From positions 1-51,479 of the IMG/VR virus record IMGVR_UViG_3300045988_007046: a stretch of DNA of 51,479 nucleotides, one strand, 5' to 3'. Positions within the stretch are counted from its first letter, which is position 1, and every line of letters starts with the position of its first letter. Both the position numbers and the translations under genes were made by a program. Under the pieces are notes generated by a model. That model was not told where the DNA came from, did not search any database, and saw nothing but the letters and a program-made list of their open reading frames with translations. Shown piece by piece: positions 1-9,220 of the stretch. This DNA is from a virus. Taxonomy: Duplodnaviria > Heunggongvirae > Uroviricota > Caudoviricetes.

Positions 1-68
1 AAAATATTGTTATCTTAGAACTCGATATTCCAGATGATGAGCTAAATGATGATTATTCTTGTGATAAT

Positions 69-323
69 ATGTCGAGTGTAGCAAGTTTTACAGAGTACTT
101 TGATGAAAACTGGATTAAAAAGGTCTATACAACAGAGTTTAACGCTATGTATTCGCCTTTTTGTCTTCCTTCACTGGATAACCCAAATATGAACTATCTT
201 GATGAGACATTAGAACTACTTGCTAAAAGTGTTCAACAGTCGGACAGTATTCAGGTTTTTTGTGACATCATAGATACACTGACAGGAAACATTGCAGAAG
301 AGGATTTAAAGAGCTTTTTCTAA
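69..323 (+). CDS. hypothetical protein (small early-region ORF)
   Basis: 84-aa ORF in a co-oriented run of small ORFs; followed by a GC hairpin plus T-run at 356-376. Confidence 0.45.
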   Translation: MSSVASFTEYFDENWIKKVYTTEFNAMYSPFCLPSLDNPNMNYLDETLELLAKSVQQSDSIQVFCDIIDTLTGNIAEEDLKSFF

Positions 324-355
324 AAACCTATGCAATCACCTTATAAACACTAATC

Positions 356-376
356 AGCCCCTTGTAGGGGCTTTTA
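356..376 (+). terminator. rho-independent terminator-like hairpin
   Basis: AGCCCC-TTGT-GGGGCT stem-loop followed by TTTT. Confidence 0.5.
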
Positions 377-389
377 GAGGGCTTAAATC

Positions 390-623
390 ATGCTTACAAC
401 CATTTATCTCATCCTCTCAATTTGTAATGGCCATTCATGTGACTTTAAAGGGCTTGAAGAGTTTACAGGAAGTAAAGAAAATGCTATTCAAGTTTGCCAG
501 ATAGCAAGGCAAGACTATCCCGCCAGTGATGATATACAATGTTACTTTAAGACAGAAGATGACGACGGAATCTATTTCGACAGTGTTGACGGTCAATATG
601 AAATTATCATTGAAAAAGACTAG
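390..623 (+). CDS. hypothetical protein
   Basis: 77-aa ORF; hairpin/RBS cassette follows at 636-714. Confidence 0.45.
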   Translation: MLTTIYLILSICNGHSCDFKGLEEFTGSKENAIQVCQIARQDYPASDDIQCYFKTEDDDGIYFDSVDGQYEIIIEKD

Positions 624-635
624 ACAAGCCTGATA

Positions 636-714
636 AAAGTCTGTAAATTGTCAATCAACGGGGAGGGAATGACCTTCCCCACTAAATAAAACCCTTAAAC
701 TAGGAGATTCAAAA
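636..714 (+). repeat. conserved intergenic hairpin+RBS cassette, copy 1
   Basis: AAAAGTCTGTAAATTGTCAATCAACGGGGAGGGAATGACCTTCCCCACTAAATAAAACCCTTAAACTAGGAGATTCAAAA directly upstream of ATG at 715; GGGGAGG/CCTTCCCC hairpin plus AGGAG Shine-Dalgarno. Confidence 0.7.
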
Positions 715-1056
715 ATGGCTTATGTAACCGTAATTACCGATAAAGCTGGCGCATCTTGGTCAACTCAAGTAAGTGATAAGATGTCACCTATGCAGTGCCT
801 AAAATACTTTGAACAGTGGAACAAAGGCGAGGACACAAGCCCCTTTCAAGTGATGCAGATTATCCATGTAGATAACGAAGGGAATAAAACGGTTTTAAAT
901 AGTGAATACTACGCAAGCCGTTTTGAAACGAGAAGTAAAACAATGAAGCTTTTACGTGAATCCGGTTATGCCCATATCGCCGCGTTAATCTGGGATGACC
1001 TGCTAAAAAACCAACGTATCAGCTATGTAAAGCCTGAAAAAATATTCATCAGTTAA
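715..1056 (+). CDS. hypothetical protein
   Basis: 113-aa ORF; start sits at the fixed distance from the AGGAG of the cassette. Confidence 0.55.
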   Translation: MAYVTVITDKAGASWSTQVSDKMSPMQCLKYFEQWNKGEDTSPFQVMQIIHVDNEGNKTVLNSEYYASRFETRSKTMKLLRESGYAHIAALIWDDLLKNQRISYVKPEKIFIS

Positions 1057-1080
1057 TCAATAACTTACAAAAAACTTTTA

Positions 1081-1125
1081 AAAAAGTGTTGACAATACCC
1101 CTTGACATTGGTAACTTTGTTCGAG
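1081..1125 (+). promoter_or_regulatory. sigma70-like promoter candidate (AAAAGTGTTGACA family)
   Basis: TTGACA at 1089-1094 preceded by an A-tract; second TTGACA at 1102-1107; the -10 is ambiguous. Confidence 0.35.
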
Positions 1126-1207
1126 GGGGTTTATCTAAAAGGGATTCACTTAAAAGATTCTTTATAGATAAGCTCAAAAAATTACTTGCAATCAACTATC
1201 AAAACAA

Positions 1208-1276
1208 GTAAATTACTAATCAACGGGAAGGCAATAACCTCCCCACTAAATAAAGTCCTAAACTGGAGATTCTAAA
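1208..1276 (+). repeat. conserved intergenic hairpin+RBS cassette, copy 2 (diverged)
   Basis: GTAAATTACTAATCAACGGGAAGGCAATAACCTCCCCACTAAATAAAGTCCTAAACTGGAGATTCTAAA upstream of ATG at 1277. Confidence 0.65.
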
Positions 1277-1807
1277 ATGAACAAATTTCAAGCTATCAAC
1301 TTCATTCGTTCAAATGCTGTAATGTCTAAGCCTGTAAAAGATACATACGAATTCCGTTGTAATGGGGTACATTTCGCAACAATCACCAAATCAGAAAACG
1401 GGGCTTATTACGTTCATCGTCGTAATGTTTCCACTGTTGTAGTCTCTCACTTTATGCAAGCTGTAGCGGAATTATTACCGTTATTCTTAGAGATTTACTT
1501 AGATGAGTGTAAAAACGTTCACAACCACGTTAAAAACCTTTTAAACGGTTATAAAATGGCTTATGAACGTTCTATCAAGTCCTTAAACAAGTTCTATAAA
1601 GCCCCTGAAAACTCTGTTGCTTCAGCCTATGGCGTAGGCGGTTGGACTGTTAGTCTCTTCGAAGTGGAAGAAATCGAGCTTTACGACCATCGACCTAACG
1701 GTTACTCTAAGACTCTCGGTGAAGGTTTAACGTTCAATATCAAGAACTTAGAAAAAACTTTAAAAGATATTGAAAAAGATATTGACGAGACAATAAAAAG
1801 TCTGTAA
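1277..1807 (+). CDS. hypothetical protein
   Basis: 176-aa ORF preceded by cassette copy 2; its 3' end (AAAAGTCTGTAA) is itself the start of cassette copy 3. Confidence 0.6.
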   Translation: MNKFQAINFIRSNAVMSKPVKDTYEFRCNGVHFATITKSENGAYYVHRRNVSTVVVSHFMQAVAELLPLFLEIYLDECKNVHNHVKNLLNGYKMAYERSIKSLNKFYKAPENSVASAYGVGGWTVSLFEVEEIELYDHRPNGYSKTLGEGLTFNIKNLEKTLKDIEKDIDETIKSL

Positions 1808-1873
1808 ATTGTCAATCAACGGGGAGGGAATGACCTTCCCCACTAAATAAAACCCTAAACTGGAGTTATCAAG
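1797..1873 (+). repeat. conserved intergenic hairpin+RBS cassette, copy 3
   Basis: Nearly identical to copy 1 (AAAAGTCTGTAAATTGTCAATCAACGGGGAGGGAATGACCTTCCCCACTAAATAAAACCC...), upstream of ATG at 1874. Confidence 0.7.
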
Positions 1874-2137
1874 ATGGAAAACGTAGAATTAACCACACTT
1901 TTACAAATTGCAACTGACAAAGAAGATGTAGCACTGTTTCACCGTATCGAAAGCGATTTATTCAATGGTGAAATCATCAAAGAGTCTTACGAAGTTGTCG
2001 GATTCAAAGATGGTAAAGCGTTTGGCTTTTTTGACCTCGACAAAGGCAACGCTGTCACAAAGTATGATGTCGTATCTTGTGAGATTCTTACAAAATACAA
2101 CGAAAAAAGGCTTGCAACATACGCCAATATGCAGTAA
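1874..2137 (+). CDS. hypothetical protein
   Basis: 87-aa ORF preceded by cassette copy 3. Confidence 0.55.
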   Translation: MENVELTTLLQIATDKEDVALFHRIESDLFNGEIIKESYEVVGFKDGKAFGFFDLDKGNAVTKYDVVSCEILTKYNEKRLATYANMQ

Positions 2138-2203
2138 ATTACTAATCAACGGGAGGCGATAACCTCCCCACTAAATAAAACCCTTAAACTAGGAGATTCA
2201 AAA
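2137..2203 (+). repeat. conserved intergenic hairpin+RBS cassette, copy 4
   Basis: GTAAATTACTAATCAACGGGAGGCGATAACCTCCCCACTAAATAAAACCCTTAAACTAGGAGATTCAAAA upstream of ATG at 2204; GGGAGG/CCTCCC hairpin. Confidence 0.7.
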
Positions 2204-2452
2204 ATGGCAACTATCCGCGCTACTGTCAATGCCTATGGCTGTTATACTCTGGACGTTAAATTCGATATTGGTGGAACTGATGAGTGTTTTTCATTAGTGA
2301 AGACAGTTATCAAACAAGTTATTCCAGATTATAACCCTACTGATGACTTCTGGAAAGATGCTGTAAAAGAGGCATTAAACGACGAGCATCACTATCATTA
2401 CTGGGGTGACTTGATTGTTTCCCTGTACTACAATAAACAAGGTTACAACTAA
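2204..2452 (+). CDS. hypothetical protein
   Basis: 82-aa ORF preceded by cassette copy 4; terminator downstream. Confidence 0.55.
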   Translation: MATIRATVNAYGCYTLDVKFDIGGTDECFSLVKTVIKQVIPDYNPTDDFWKDAVKEALNDEHHYHYWGDLIVSLYYNKQGYN

Positions 2453-2490
2453 TCGACGCAGCGGGGCTAAATAGCCCCAGATACCTCAAC

Positions 2491-2517
2491 AGCCCCTATT
2501 TAAAGGGGCTTTTTTAC
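2491..2517 (+). terminator. rho-independent terminator
   Basis: AGCCCCT-ATTTA-AGGGGCT hairpin followed by TTTTTT; a second GGGGCT/AGCCCC hairpin sits at 2463-2480. Confidence 0.6.
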
Positions 2518-2519
2518 GT

Positions 2520-4100
2520 CTATTGAATCCTTATACAATCCCTTTCCAGAATCTTATCAGACCTTAAAAGCAATAACTCTATAGTCTACTCTATAACCTC
2601 TTATCAAATCAACTTAAATAAAAGCCAATAACCCCCAGAAAGGGGATGGCCCATTTAAACGCTCTATAAAGCTCTATAACAGCCTTATCAACCTAACTTA
2701 AGGGATTGCATTAACCAACCTTAAAAAGCTCTTTACAGGGCTTTATAGAGACTTAAAAGAATCTTATAAGGGTGTAAGCTTTATCATCTCGTTAGTATCT
2801 TGTGAATAACTAAAAAGGGCTATGAGATAGGAATCTATCGAATCCTATTGTTAGTGTCTTAAAAGTATGTTATAGGGGCTTAAAAGTTACTTCAAAGTTA
2901 CGTAAAAGGGGTTATAAAGTTACGTAAATGCTAACCCCCTTAACAAATTCTTAACAATCCCTACATAGTTATGCTTGTTAGAGACTTGTTAGCCACTTGT
3001 TAAATCTCTGTTAAGACCACGTAAAAGCCTTGTAAGAGTCTTTGACATAGCCTTAAAAGTTCCTGTAAAGCCCTATAAAGAGGTGTCTGTATAGTTGGGG
3101 TGTAACTACTAGGAAGAGACTTAAAAGGGGCTATACAGAGCTATAGAGAGCTTTTAAGAGGTATGTTTAAGGAATCACTAAGAAGGGAAAGGGAACGATA
3201 AGAAAGAGATAGTGACCATGTTAATAGCTTGTTAAAAAGATTAAACACTTGTTAGAGACTTGTTAATTATCTTAACAAAATAACTCTTAAAAATTAACTT
3301 GTTAGCTCTTGTTAGTCATCTGTTAAGATTCTGTAAAGCCCATGTATCAACTGTTAAGAAACTGTTAAGCCCTTGTTAGTTCTGTTAAGAATCTGTTAAG
3401 ACCTATGAAGAGTTGTTAAGAGCTTGAGAGAGTTGTTAAGAAATTGTTAAGGATATTTTAAAATTTTGCAAAGTACTTGTAAGGGAGTTGTTAAGGGCTA
3501 CCAAGCAGATATACACCCTATTCAGATATTTTTGAGTTCCTTCAAAGACCCTAAAAAATGACTTGATAGTCCTATTTTATAAAAATTTTAAGATTCTGAA
3601 TAATTACCTAGACAGTCTTTTAAAAATACAGGTAATAACAGGCTTATAAGATACCTTGTTAGTACCGTGTTAGACCTTGTGAGATAAGGTCTGTAAAGAT
3701 ATTCCTGTTAAGTTTGTTAAAACAGTCTATATAGAGGCTTAGTAATACCTAGTGAACACCTATAGAGAGTAACATAGCTGACATAGAGATTAAGAGGTGT
3801 ATAGGAGCTTCTAAGAGGGTATAGAGAGATGGTTAAGGTGATTGTATAGGTTGTTTAGAAGGCTTGTTAGAAGAGTGTTTAGAAGGGCTATTTAGAAGGG
3901 TTATACAGAGGGCTATTAAGACCACTAGATAGTTACTAAGATACTATATAGTACTATATAACTATATAGAGAGTAAGATTAAGAAGGTTGTTAAGAAGGA
4001 TAGATATTTTATTCACATATGATGGTGACCAAGAGGTTGGGACAACCGATAAAATTTTATAAAAATTAAAAAGCCCCCAATTAAGGAGGCTCTTAAGATA
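2520..4100. repeat. 1.6-kb ORF-free iteron-rich region
   Basis: No ORF of 60 aa or more on either strand; dense degenerate direct repeats CTTGTTAG/CTGTTAAG/GTTGTTAAG (densest 2960-3050, 3216-3500, 3650-3730), tandem GTTTAGAAGG x4 (3863-3912), ACTATATAG x3 (3936-3965). Confidence 0.7.
4061..4091 (-). terminator. rho-independent terminator-like hairpin (minus strand)
   Basis: On the minus strand, AGCCTCC...GGGGGCT hairpin followed by a T-run, directly downstream of the 4103-4726 ORF stop. Confidence 0.4.
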
Positions 4101-4102
4101 TT

Positions 4103-4726
4103 TTAAATCAGTGTTTCCAGAACTGTCTTCAGTGATGACTTGGTTGTCTGATAAAAATGAGTAAATCCATTGTTGTTATCGAATATCTGCATCATGATAT
4201 CATCACCCTTGATTGGGTAAACTCGGATATCATAGTGAAAACCATTAAAGACACAAGAGCCATTACAGAATGCACTAAAGTCATCAACTGAGATATACTC
4301 TTCATGTCCTGTGATTTTTATACAAACGCCTTTACTCGGTCTCTTAGGGTTGATATCTTCCATCACAGACATACTCTGTCCACCAAGAGATACCATAGTG
4401 ACCACTTTACGGTTCTTCTGTTTAAAGTACATCTTAACTTTCTGCAAAGTGTCTTCATAGAATGGATAAGACTTCTCTACAAAGATTCCTTCAAGTGGCT
4501 CTTTACCATTTTCAACTTCTCGGTTATGCCGTACTGCAAAGATAATTTGTTCGAACCAGTCAAGATTTTCTTCGGAGAGTGCTTCCCGAACATCCTTCCA
4601 GTCAAGTACTAAGTAGTTACCTTCAACTTCTTTTAAGTTATCTTTTTCCATATCTATCACACCATTATCGTAAAACTTGATATTCTGGTACTGCGAATTT
4701 ATTACTATTATTCTTGATGAGGTCAT
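4103..4726 (-). CDS. hypothetical protein
   Basis: 207-aa ORF; overlaps the upstream gene by 62 nt, so the true start may be the internal Met near 4651. Confidence 0.5.
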   Translation of the reverse strand: MTSSRIIVINSQYQNIKFYDNGVIDMEKDNLKEVEGNYLVLDWKDVREALSEENLDWFEQIIFAVRHNREVENGKEPLEGIFVEKSYPFYEDTLQKVKMYFKQKNRKVVTMVSLGGQSMSVMEDINPKRPSKGVCIKITGHEEYISVDDFSAFCNGSCVFNGFHYDIRVYPIKGDDIMMQIFDNNNGFTHFYQTTKSSLKTVLETLI

Positions 4727-5129
4727 CCTCTGAAACTAAAAATGTAATACCACATAAGTGTCTGTAACGACTATCATACTCGAATATCTTAAACAGATAT
4801 TTACCATCATGATAAACCTGTTGCACTTCACCTTCTGCAACAATCTCGCCTGTAATAAAATTTTTTAGTTTATACACATTACCAACCTTAGGTACTGTTT
4901 TCATCTCAGGCTCTTTTAGTGCTACACCTATTTTTACATCACCGAGTAAATGAGAACTCTCAAAAGCTACGTGTTTCATATAGGCTTCTGAGCATTCCCA
5001 AATAAAACAATGTACAAGAACCTTAGCAGCATGTCTTGAGCAGTTCAACTTATCACAAATTTCTGTGTACATCTCATCTTTAGTAGAATTGTCAAGCATT
5101 GCTCTTTGCACTACTTCTTTAATTTTCAT
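4665..5129 (-). CDS. hypothetical protein
   Basis: 154-aa ORF in a co-oriented compact block. Confidence 0.5.
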   Translation of the reverse strand: MKIKEVVQRAMLDNSTKDEMYTEICDKLNCSRHAAKVLVHCFIWECSEAYMKHVAFESSHLLGDVKIGVALKEPEMKTVPKVGNVYKLKNFITGEIVAEGEVQQVYHDGKYLFKIFEYDSRYRHLCGITFLVSEDDLIKNNSNKFAVPEYQVLR

Positions 5130-5547
5130 AAGCTCTCCGAATAACCCTATTAAGCATCTCTAAAGTCAGCTTTCCAGATTCTAAATGTGGCATAACAAGC
5201 TTTAAAGCTTTTTCAACATCATGCACAACATCTATTATACCTTCCGCGTAGGCTTCTACAAGGATATCTTTTACATTTTGTGATTTACCTTTTTGTGGTA
5301 TCACTAGACGCATATCAAACTCATTTGCTTGAGGATGGTTCTTACCACGCCAGAAACCGTCCTTATCAAAGCTTATAAAGTTATCCTCATTAAAATTAAT
5401 ACCACAAACCTTAAACTTATCTAAAACTATGCAGTTGAGAGGGTAATCATCACTTGCATCATTCATTCCAAGAAACTTAACAGTAGCTATATACCTCTGT
5501 GTCTTTGCATCTACAACGTCAAGCTCTTTACCTATAAGTTCTTTCAT
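5119..5547 (-). CDS. hypothetical protein
   Basis: 142-aa ORF; 11-nt overlap with the downstream gene suggests coupling. Confidence 0.5.
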   Translation of the reverse strand: MKELIGKELDVVDAKTQRYIATVKFLGMNDASDDYPLNCIVLDKFKVCGINFNEDNFISFDKDGFWRGKNHPQANEFDMRLVIPQKGKSQNVKDILVEAYAEGIIDVVHDVEKALKLVMPHLESGKLTLEMLNRVIRRAYEN

Positions 5548-5600
5548 TTCGCTACCTTCTAAGTTCCTACAAAGGGGCTATCAAGTAACCCCTCAAGTTA

Positions 5601-5825
5601 TTACTCAGATTTTTCAGTCTTCTTATCAGATTTCTTACTAGTCTTCTTCTCAGCTTTCTGTTCAGGCTCCTTCTCAGAAGTTGCCTTAATAACCATATCA
5701 AGAAGCTCTGATAAGTCACTCTTCAGAAGTGTTACAGGCTGCTCGTTGTAGAAGTTTTTGTCAAGATAAACTTTGAATTCTTCTATAGAAGGAAATCCAA
5801 AAATTGGTACAGGTGTCTTAATCAT
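5601..5825 (-). CDS. hypothetical protein (Lys/Glu-rich C-terminus)
   Basis: 74-aa ORF; C-terminal KKTSKKSDKKTEKSE tail. Confidence 0.4.
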   Translation of the reverse strand: MIKTPVPIFGFPSIEEFKVYLDKNFYNEQPVTLLKSDLSELLDMVIKATSEKEPEQKAEKKTSKKSDKKTEKSE

Positions 5826-5901
5826 TACTTAGTCTCTCCATAGGCATCTTTTAAGATTGCCTTGTTAATCATTTCAGCGATTGCAAAACGAACACATACA
5901 G

Positions 5902-6435
5902 CTATAATTGTAGGTTGCATTCTTTACTTACCTCTTCAAGTTTAACCTCAGAATCCTTAAGTCGTTTCTTATGAACTCTGAATCTTAGTAGTGAGATAAT
6001 GATACCAGCTAAAGGAACAGCATACAAGTACCATACATCATATACCTTTGCAGTAATCTGTGTGATAGTTAAATCTTGAGCTATGTAGCTGATTGCTGAT
6101 ACTGCCAGTAACATTGCTAAGAAGAACGCCAGTACCATAACAATACTTAGGCAGCCTCTGGCATGGTGTTCATGCTTAATACACTTATTCTTCTCTTCAA
6201 CAACCCTGTTGTAGTCATTTGTAAAATCTCTGTAGAAAGCTTTCAAGTATTCTTGAGTGTAGCCTTCAAAGCAACCTGTACCGTACCAATAATCACCACC
6301 AAAATGTGCTATGATACCAGTATCCCCATTTGGTTTGGTTACTCTTAGTGAAGTATGATGACCAGTCTTCTGATAATCTATCTTGTATCTTTCTTCGTAA
6401 ATCATTTCCCAACCCCTCTCAATCGTTTGTTCCAC
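5902..6435 (-). CDS. hypothetical membrane protein
   Basis: 177-aa ORF; hydrophobic stretch LSIVMVLAFFLAMLLAVSAISYIA consistent with one TM helix. Confidence 0.5.
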   Translation of the reverse strand: MEQTIERGWEMIYEERYKIDYQKTGHHTSLRVTKPNGDTGIIAHFGGDYWYGTGCFEGYTQEYLKAFYRDFTNDYNRVVEEKNKCIKHEHHARGCLSIVMVLAFFLAMLLAVSAISYIAQDLTITQITAKVYDVWYLYAVPLAGIIISLLRFRVHKKRLKDSEVKLEEVSKECNLQL

Positions 6436-6620
6436 TCAAGGTCAACAAGCCTTTGCAGGACTTTACCTCTAGGTGTTACACCTTTTAAATCTGCATCGTA
6501 GCAACGGTAAAAGTCACCTTCAGCGTGTTTACCGTAGCATTTTCTGATATTCTGGCTCCTACGATACTGCTCTAACAGGGACAGTTTGTAGTAGTCTTCA
6601 ACTGTAGTTAGTTTTTTCAT
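6402..6620 (-). CDS. hypothetical protein
   Basis: 72-aa ORF overlapping the downstream gene. Confidence 0.4.
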   Translation of the reverse strand: MKKLTTVEDYYKLSLLEQYRRSQNIRKCYGKHAEGDFYRCYDADLKGVTPRGKVLQRLVDLEWNKRLRGVGK

Positions 6621-6703
6621 TCTTTTACCATGTCTCTTATCTAGAAACTAAAAAGGGAACTACCTCTCGATAGCTCCCATCATAATCAGTGTTGTATACT
6701 CGG

Positions 6704-7285
6704 TCAAGAGTATTTTTTAGGCAGCAATGCACTGCGCTTGTTACTCTCTTCACTCAATAGTGCAATGAAATCATCACTTTTACCTTTCCACGGGCTGAAT
6801 GAAGGGATATGTTCGCGGATAGCCTCAATCACTGTTTTAAGTGCTGTGTTCTTCATCCACCAATCAGAATCTGCTGATGCTACCACGTAGTATCCACCGT
6901 CATCAGTTAAAATTGGCTCTGAAATACATGGTGAAATCAAAGTGGTGATGATTGAACCGTTGTTCATGTAGTATGTGCGCTTCATAACCTTTTCAAGAAG
7001 CTTGTGAAGGTCACCAAACAGTGTTACAAGTTCTTTGTGGTCGATGTCTTTTTCGAGGCTTGCTCGGTACTTCAATAGTGCGGCATCAACCTCTCTGTCA
7101 TTGAACTTGAAATATTGAACTTCTTCAACAAGGCAAACACTGATGTTGTTAACATTCATAGTCAACTTACAAACTTTTACAGGAGAGTTGATATTTGGTT
7201 GAAAAAGTGCAATACACCCTTCAATATTTCCAAAATGCTGTACCAGTGTTACTTGTGGAGTGATATTCTGTTGCTCTTCGGACAT
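6704..7285 (-). CDS. hypothetical protein
   Basis: 193-aa ORF. Confidence 0.5.
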   Translation of the reverse strand: MSEEQQNITPQVTLVQHFGNIEGCIALFQPNINSPVKVCKLTMNVNNISVCLVEEVQYFKFNDREVDAALLKYRASLEKDIDHKELVTLFGDLHKLLEKVMKRTYYMNNGSIITTLISPCISEPILTDDGGYYVVASADSDWWMKNTALKTVIEAIREHIPSFSPWKGKSDDFIALLSEESNKRSALLPKKYS

Positions 7286-7629
7286 TACAGTTTCCTCATT
7301 AAATACTTTTTAAGTTGTGTGTTTGGTTTCTCAAAAACTTCTATAGAAGATATCTTTACAGATTCACCACGCATACCAGTATGTTTGAATATATAGTACT
7401 CTAACATCCCTATGTACTTTGCTGGCAAGTCATACTTGACATACACCGTTACAGAATCTTCAAACTCAACAACCTTTGTACCATCTTTGTAGTTAAACTC
7501 TTTAGGATGGTTGTAGTTGTCTATATCGTACATTAAGAAGAGTCTTTTACGTTGTAAGTCAAGCTTATTTGTTAAAGACTCTTTAATATCTGAGAAGTTT
7601 TTGTAAACTGTGACATGGAGCTTACTCAT
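7285..7629 (-). CDS. hypothetical protein
   Basis: 114-aa ORF; 1-nt overlap with neighbour. Confidence 0.5.
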   Translation of the reverse strand: MSKLHVTVYKNFSDIKESLTNKLDLQRKRLFLMYDIDNYNHPKEFNYKDGTKVVEFEDSVTVYVKYDLPAKYIGMLEYYIFKHTGMRGESVKISSIEVFEKPNTQLKKYLMRKL

Positions 7630-7915
7630 CGTTAAACTCTCTGACGAAGAAATAGTTGACTTTATTATTACCTACCATAAGGTCAAAGCAGGTGTTCTCA
7701 AAAGGCTTGTTGTAGGCATCATATGAAGTGTACGTATCAGCTACTTGCTTAGTAGTGAGCTTTTTACTTGATGGATTTAAGAGGCCACCATACAGTTTCT
7801 TGATAGCCTCTTCTACAACAGACCATATAATTTCGTCAGTAATTTCTTCGTACAGGTCAAGTTCACGCTCTAGTGAGAAGTCACAAATAGGGAAAATAAC
7901 CTGTACTTTACTCAT
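7622..7915 (-). CDS. hypothetical protein
   Basis: 97-aa ORF; overlapping start/stop with neighbours. Confidence 0.5.
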   Translation of the reverse strand: MSKVQVIFPICDFSLERELDLYEEITDEIIWSVVEEAIKKLYGGLLNPSSKKLTTKQVADTYTSYDAYNKPFENTCFDLMVGNNKVNYFFVREFNDE

Positions 7916-8313
7916 TAACGAATCACCTGTGAGACTTGAATTGCTTCAGTTACTGACAAGTCACCTACTTTCTCTTCTTTGATAAAGGTGAAGGTAAGTT
8001 CAACAGGCTCTCGCTCTTCTTGCTCAACTGGAACACCATTAAGCTCATCAAAGATTGATTGGGTTGTCCAATCTTCACCACCATCTGGGTAGTGGATTGC
8101 GTAAAGAGGGAACTCCCTGTCAAACCAACCAAATACAGGACAACCATCTTCATCATCTCGTACTCGATGAAGTGTGCTTCCAGACCCTGTAAACTGAAGG
8201 AATAAATCTCCGTTGCACTTGTATATTACTGCATCGGCAAAACCTATATCTTCTCGACCATCATGGCCAAACGTGTCAACTTTTACTTGGATATCTCTAA
8301 CATCTTTATTCAT
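7915..8313 (-). CDS. hypothetical protein
   Basis: 132-aa ORF. Confidence 0.5.
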   Translation of the reverse strand: MNKDVRDIQVKVDTFGHDGREDIGFADAVIYKCNGDLFLQFTGSGSTLHRVRDDEDGCPVFGWFDREFPLYAIHYPDGGEDWTTQSIFDELNGVPVEQEEREPVELTFTFIKEEKVGDLSVTEAIQVSQVIR

Positions 8314-8704
8314 AAAAACCTCTCTCTGCTTGTTCGATTTTTGCTTTTAGAACTTCACACCGTTCAATGTGATATCTGGCTTCATGCTCATGTGTCGCCA
8401 AAGTTCTTTCAAGAATGGTTTTATAGTAACCTGCAAGTTGCTCTCTTGTCAATGGGTTCTCTGAAATAATATCGAGACCACTTTCACCTAGAGTATTAAA
8501 CTGTCCATGCTCATTTACATGGTAAGTTTCAAACTTGAATAAACCATTATTAGCAGACTCAATAGGCGATAGTTCAACCAACTCAACAGTAAACCTTGTA
8601 TGTACCCTATCTCCAACTGTAACAACGTTACTTCCAATGATACGTACAAGCGAGCCGTTACGAGTGTACTTAAAAGTTCCAAAGTCACTAGCCCAAAGCT
8701 TCAT
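8306..8704 (-). CDS. hypothetical protein
   Basis: 132-aa ORF. Confidence 0.5.
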   Translation of the reverse strand: MKLWASDFGTFKYTRNGSLVRIIGSNVVTVGDRVHTRFTVELVELSPIESANNGLFKFETYHVNEHGQFNTLGESGLDIISENPLTREQLAGYYKTILERTLATHEHEARYHIERCEVLKAKIEQAERGFYE

Positions 8705-8722
8705 AGTTTTCTCCTTAGAAAA

Positions 8723-8746
8723 TAAAAAAGGCTCCCGAAGGAGCCT
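8723..8746 (-). terminator. rho-independent terminator (minus strand)
   Basis: Minus strand reads GGCTCC-TTCG-GGAGCC followed by TTTTTTATTTT, immediately downstream of the lysozyme stop. Confidence 0.65.
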
Positions 8747-8755
8747 ATGAAGATA

Positions 8756-9220
8756 TTACTTTGGGTATACACTGTCAAGATAAATGTCAGCTTCCATTCT
8801 ACGTCTGTTTTTCAGTCCGTTTGAAGTGACCTTCTGACCTTTGACTGTAACCTTGTTCCACCACTGCATAGCTTCTGCACAACCTACCTTATTACCAGCA
8901 TTGTGGCGCTTGATAAATGTAGAATCCTGCATAGCTGTGATACCGATGTTGTATGTTTCACTTACAAGTGCATCGAACTCATTCTGAGAAGTTGGAACCT
9001 TGATGGCTTTGTTCACTGCTACAACGAACTTTTCAACATCTGCGAGAAGATACTGTTCAGCTTGTTCAGCAGTAATTTTCATACCCATCTTAACAGGTTT
9101 TCCGTCAATACGGATTGTCCCATACCCAATTGTTGGGATTCCGGCAGAGTCTTCGTAAGCCTCTAACTTCAGACCTTCGAAGAACTTAATAGCATCTAAA
9201 CCTTTTCTTGAGAGTTGCAT
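8756..9220 (-). CDS. lysozyme / endolysin (glycoside hydrolase family 24, T4-lysozyme-like)
   Basis: N-terminal FEGLKLEAYEDSAGIPTIGYGT motif typical of GH24 lysozymes; 154 aa; terminator downstream. Confidence 0.8.
   Translation of the reverse strand: MQLSRKGLDAIKFFEGLKLEAYEDSAGIPTIGYGTIRIDGKPVKMGMKITAEQAEQYLLADVEKFVVAVNKAIKVPTSQNEFDALVSETYNIGITAMQDSTFIKRHNAGNKVGCAEAMQWWNKVTVKGQKVTSNGLKNRRRMEADIYLDSVYPK

Noticed and set aside
2520-4100. CRISPR array
   Set aside because: Repeats are short (8-10 bp), degenerate, irregularly spaced and of several unrelated families; there is no regular repeat-spacer periodicity of 28-37 bp repeats with unique spacers.
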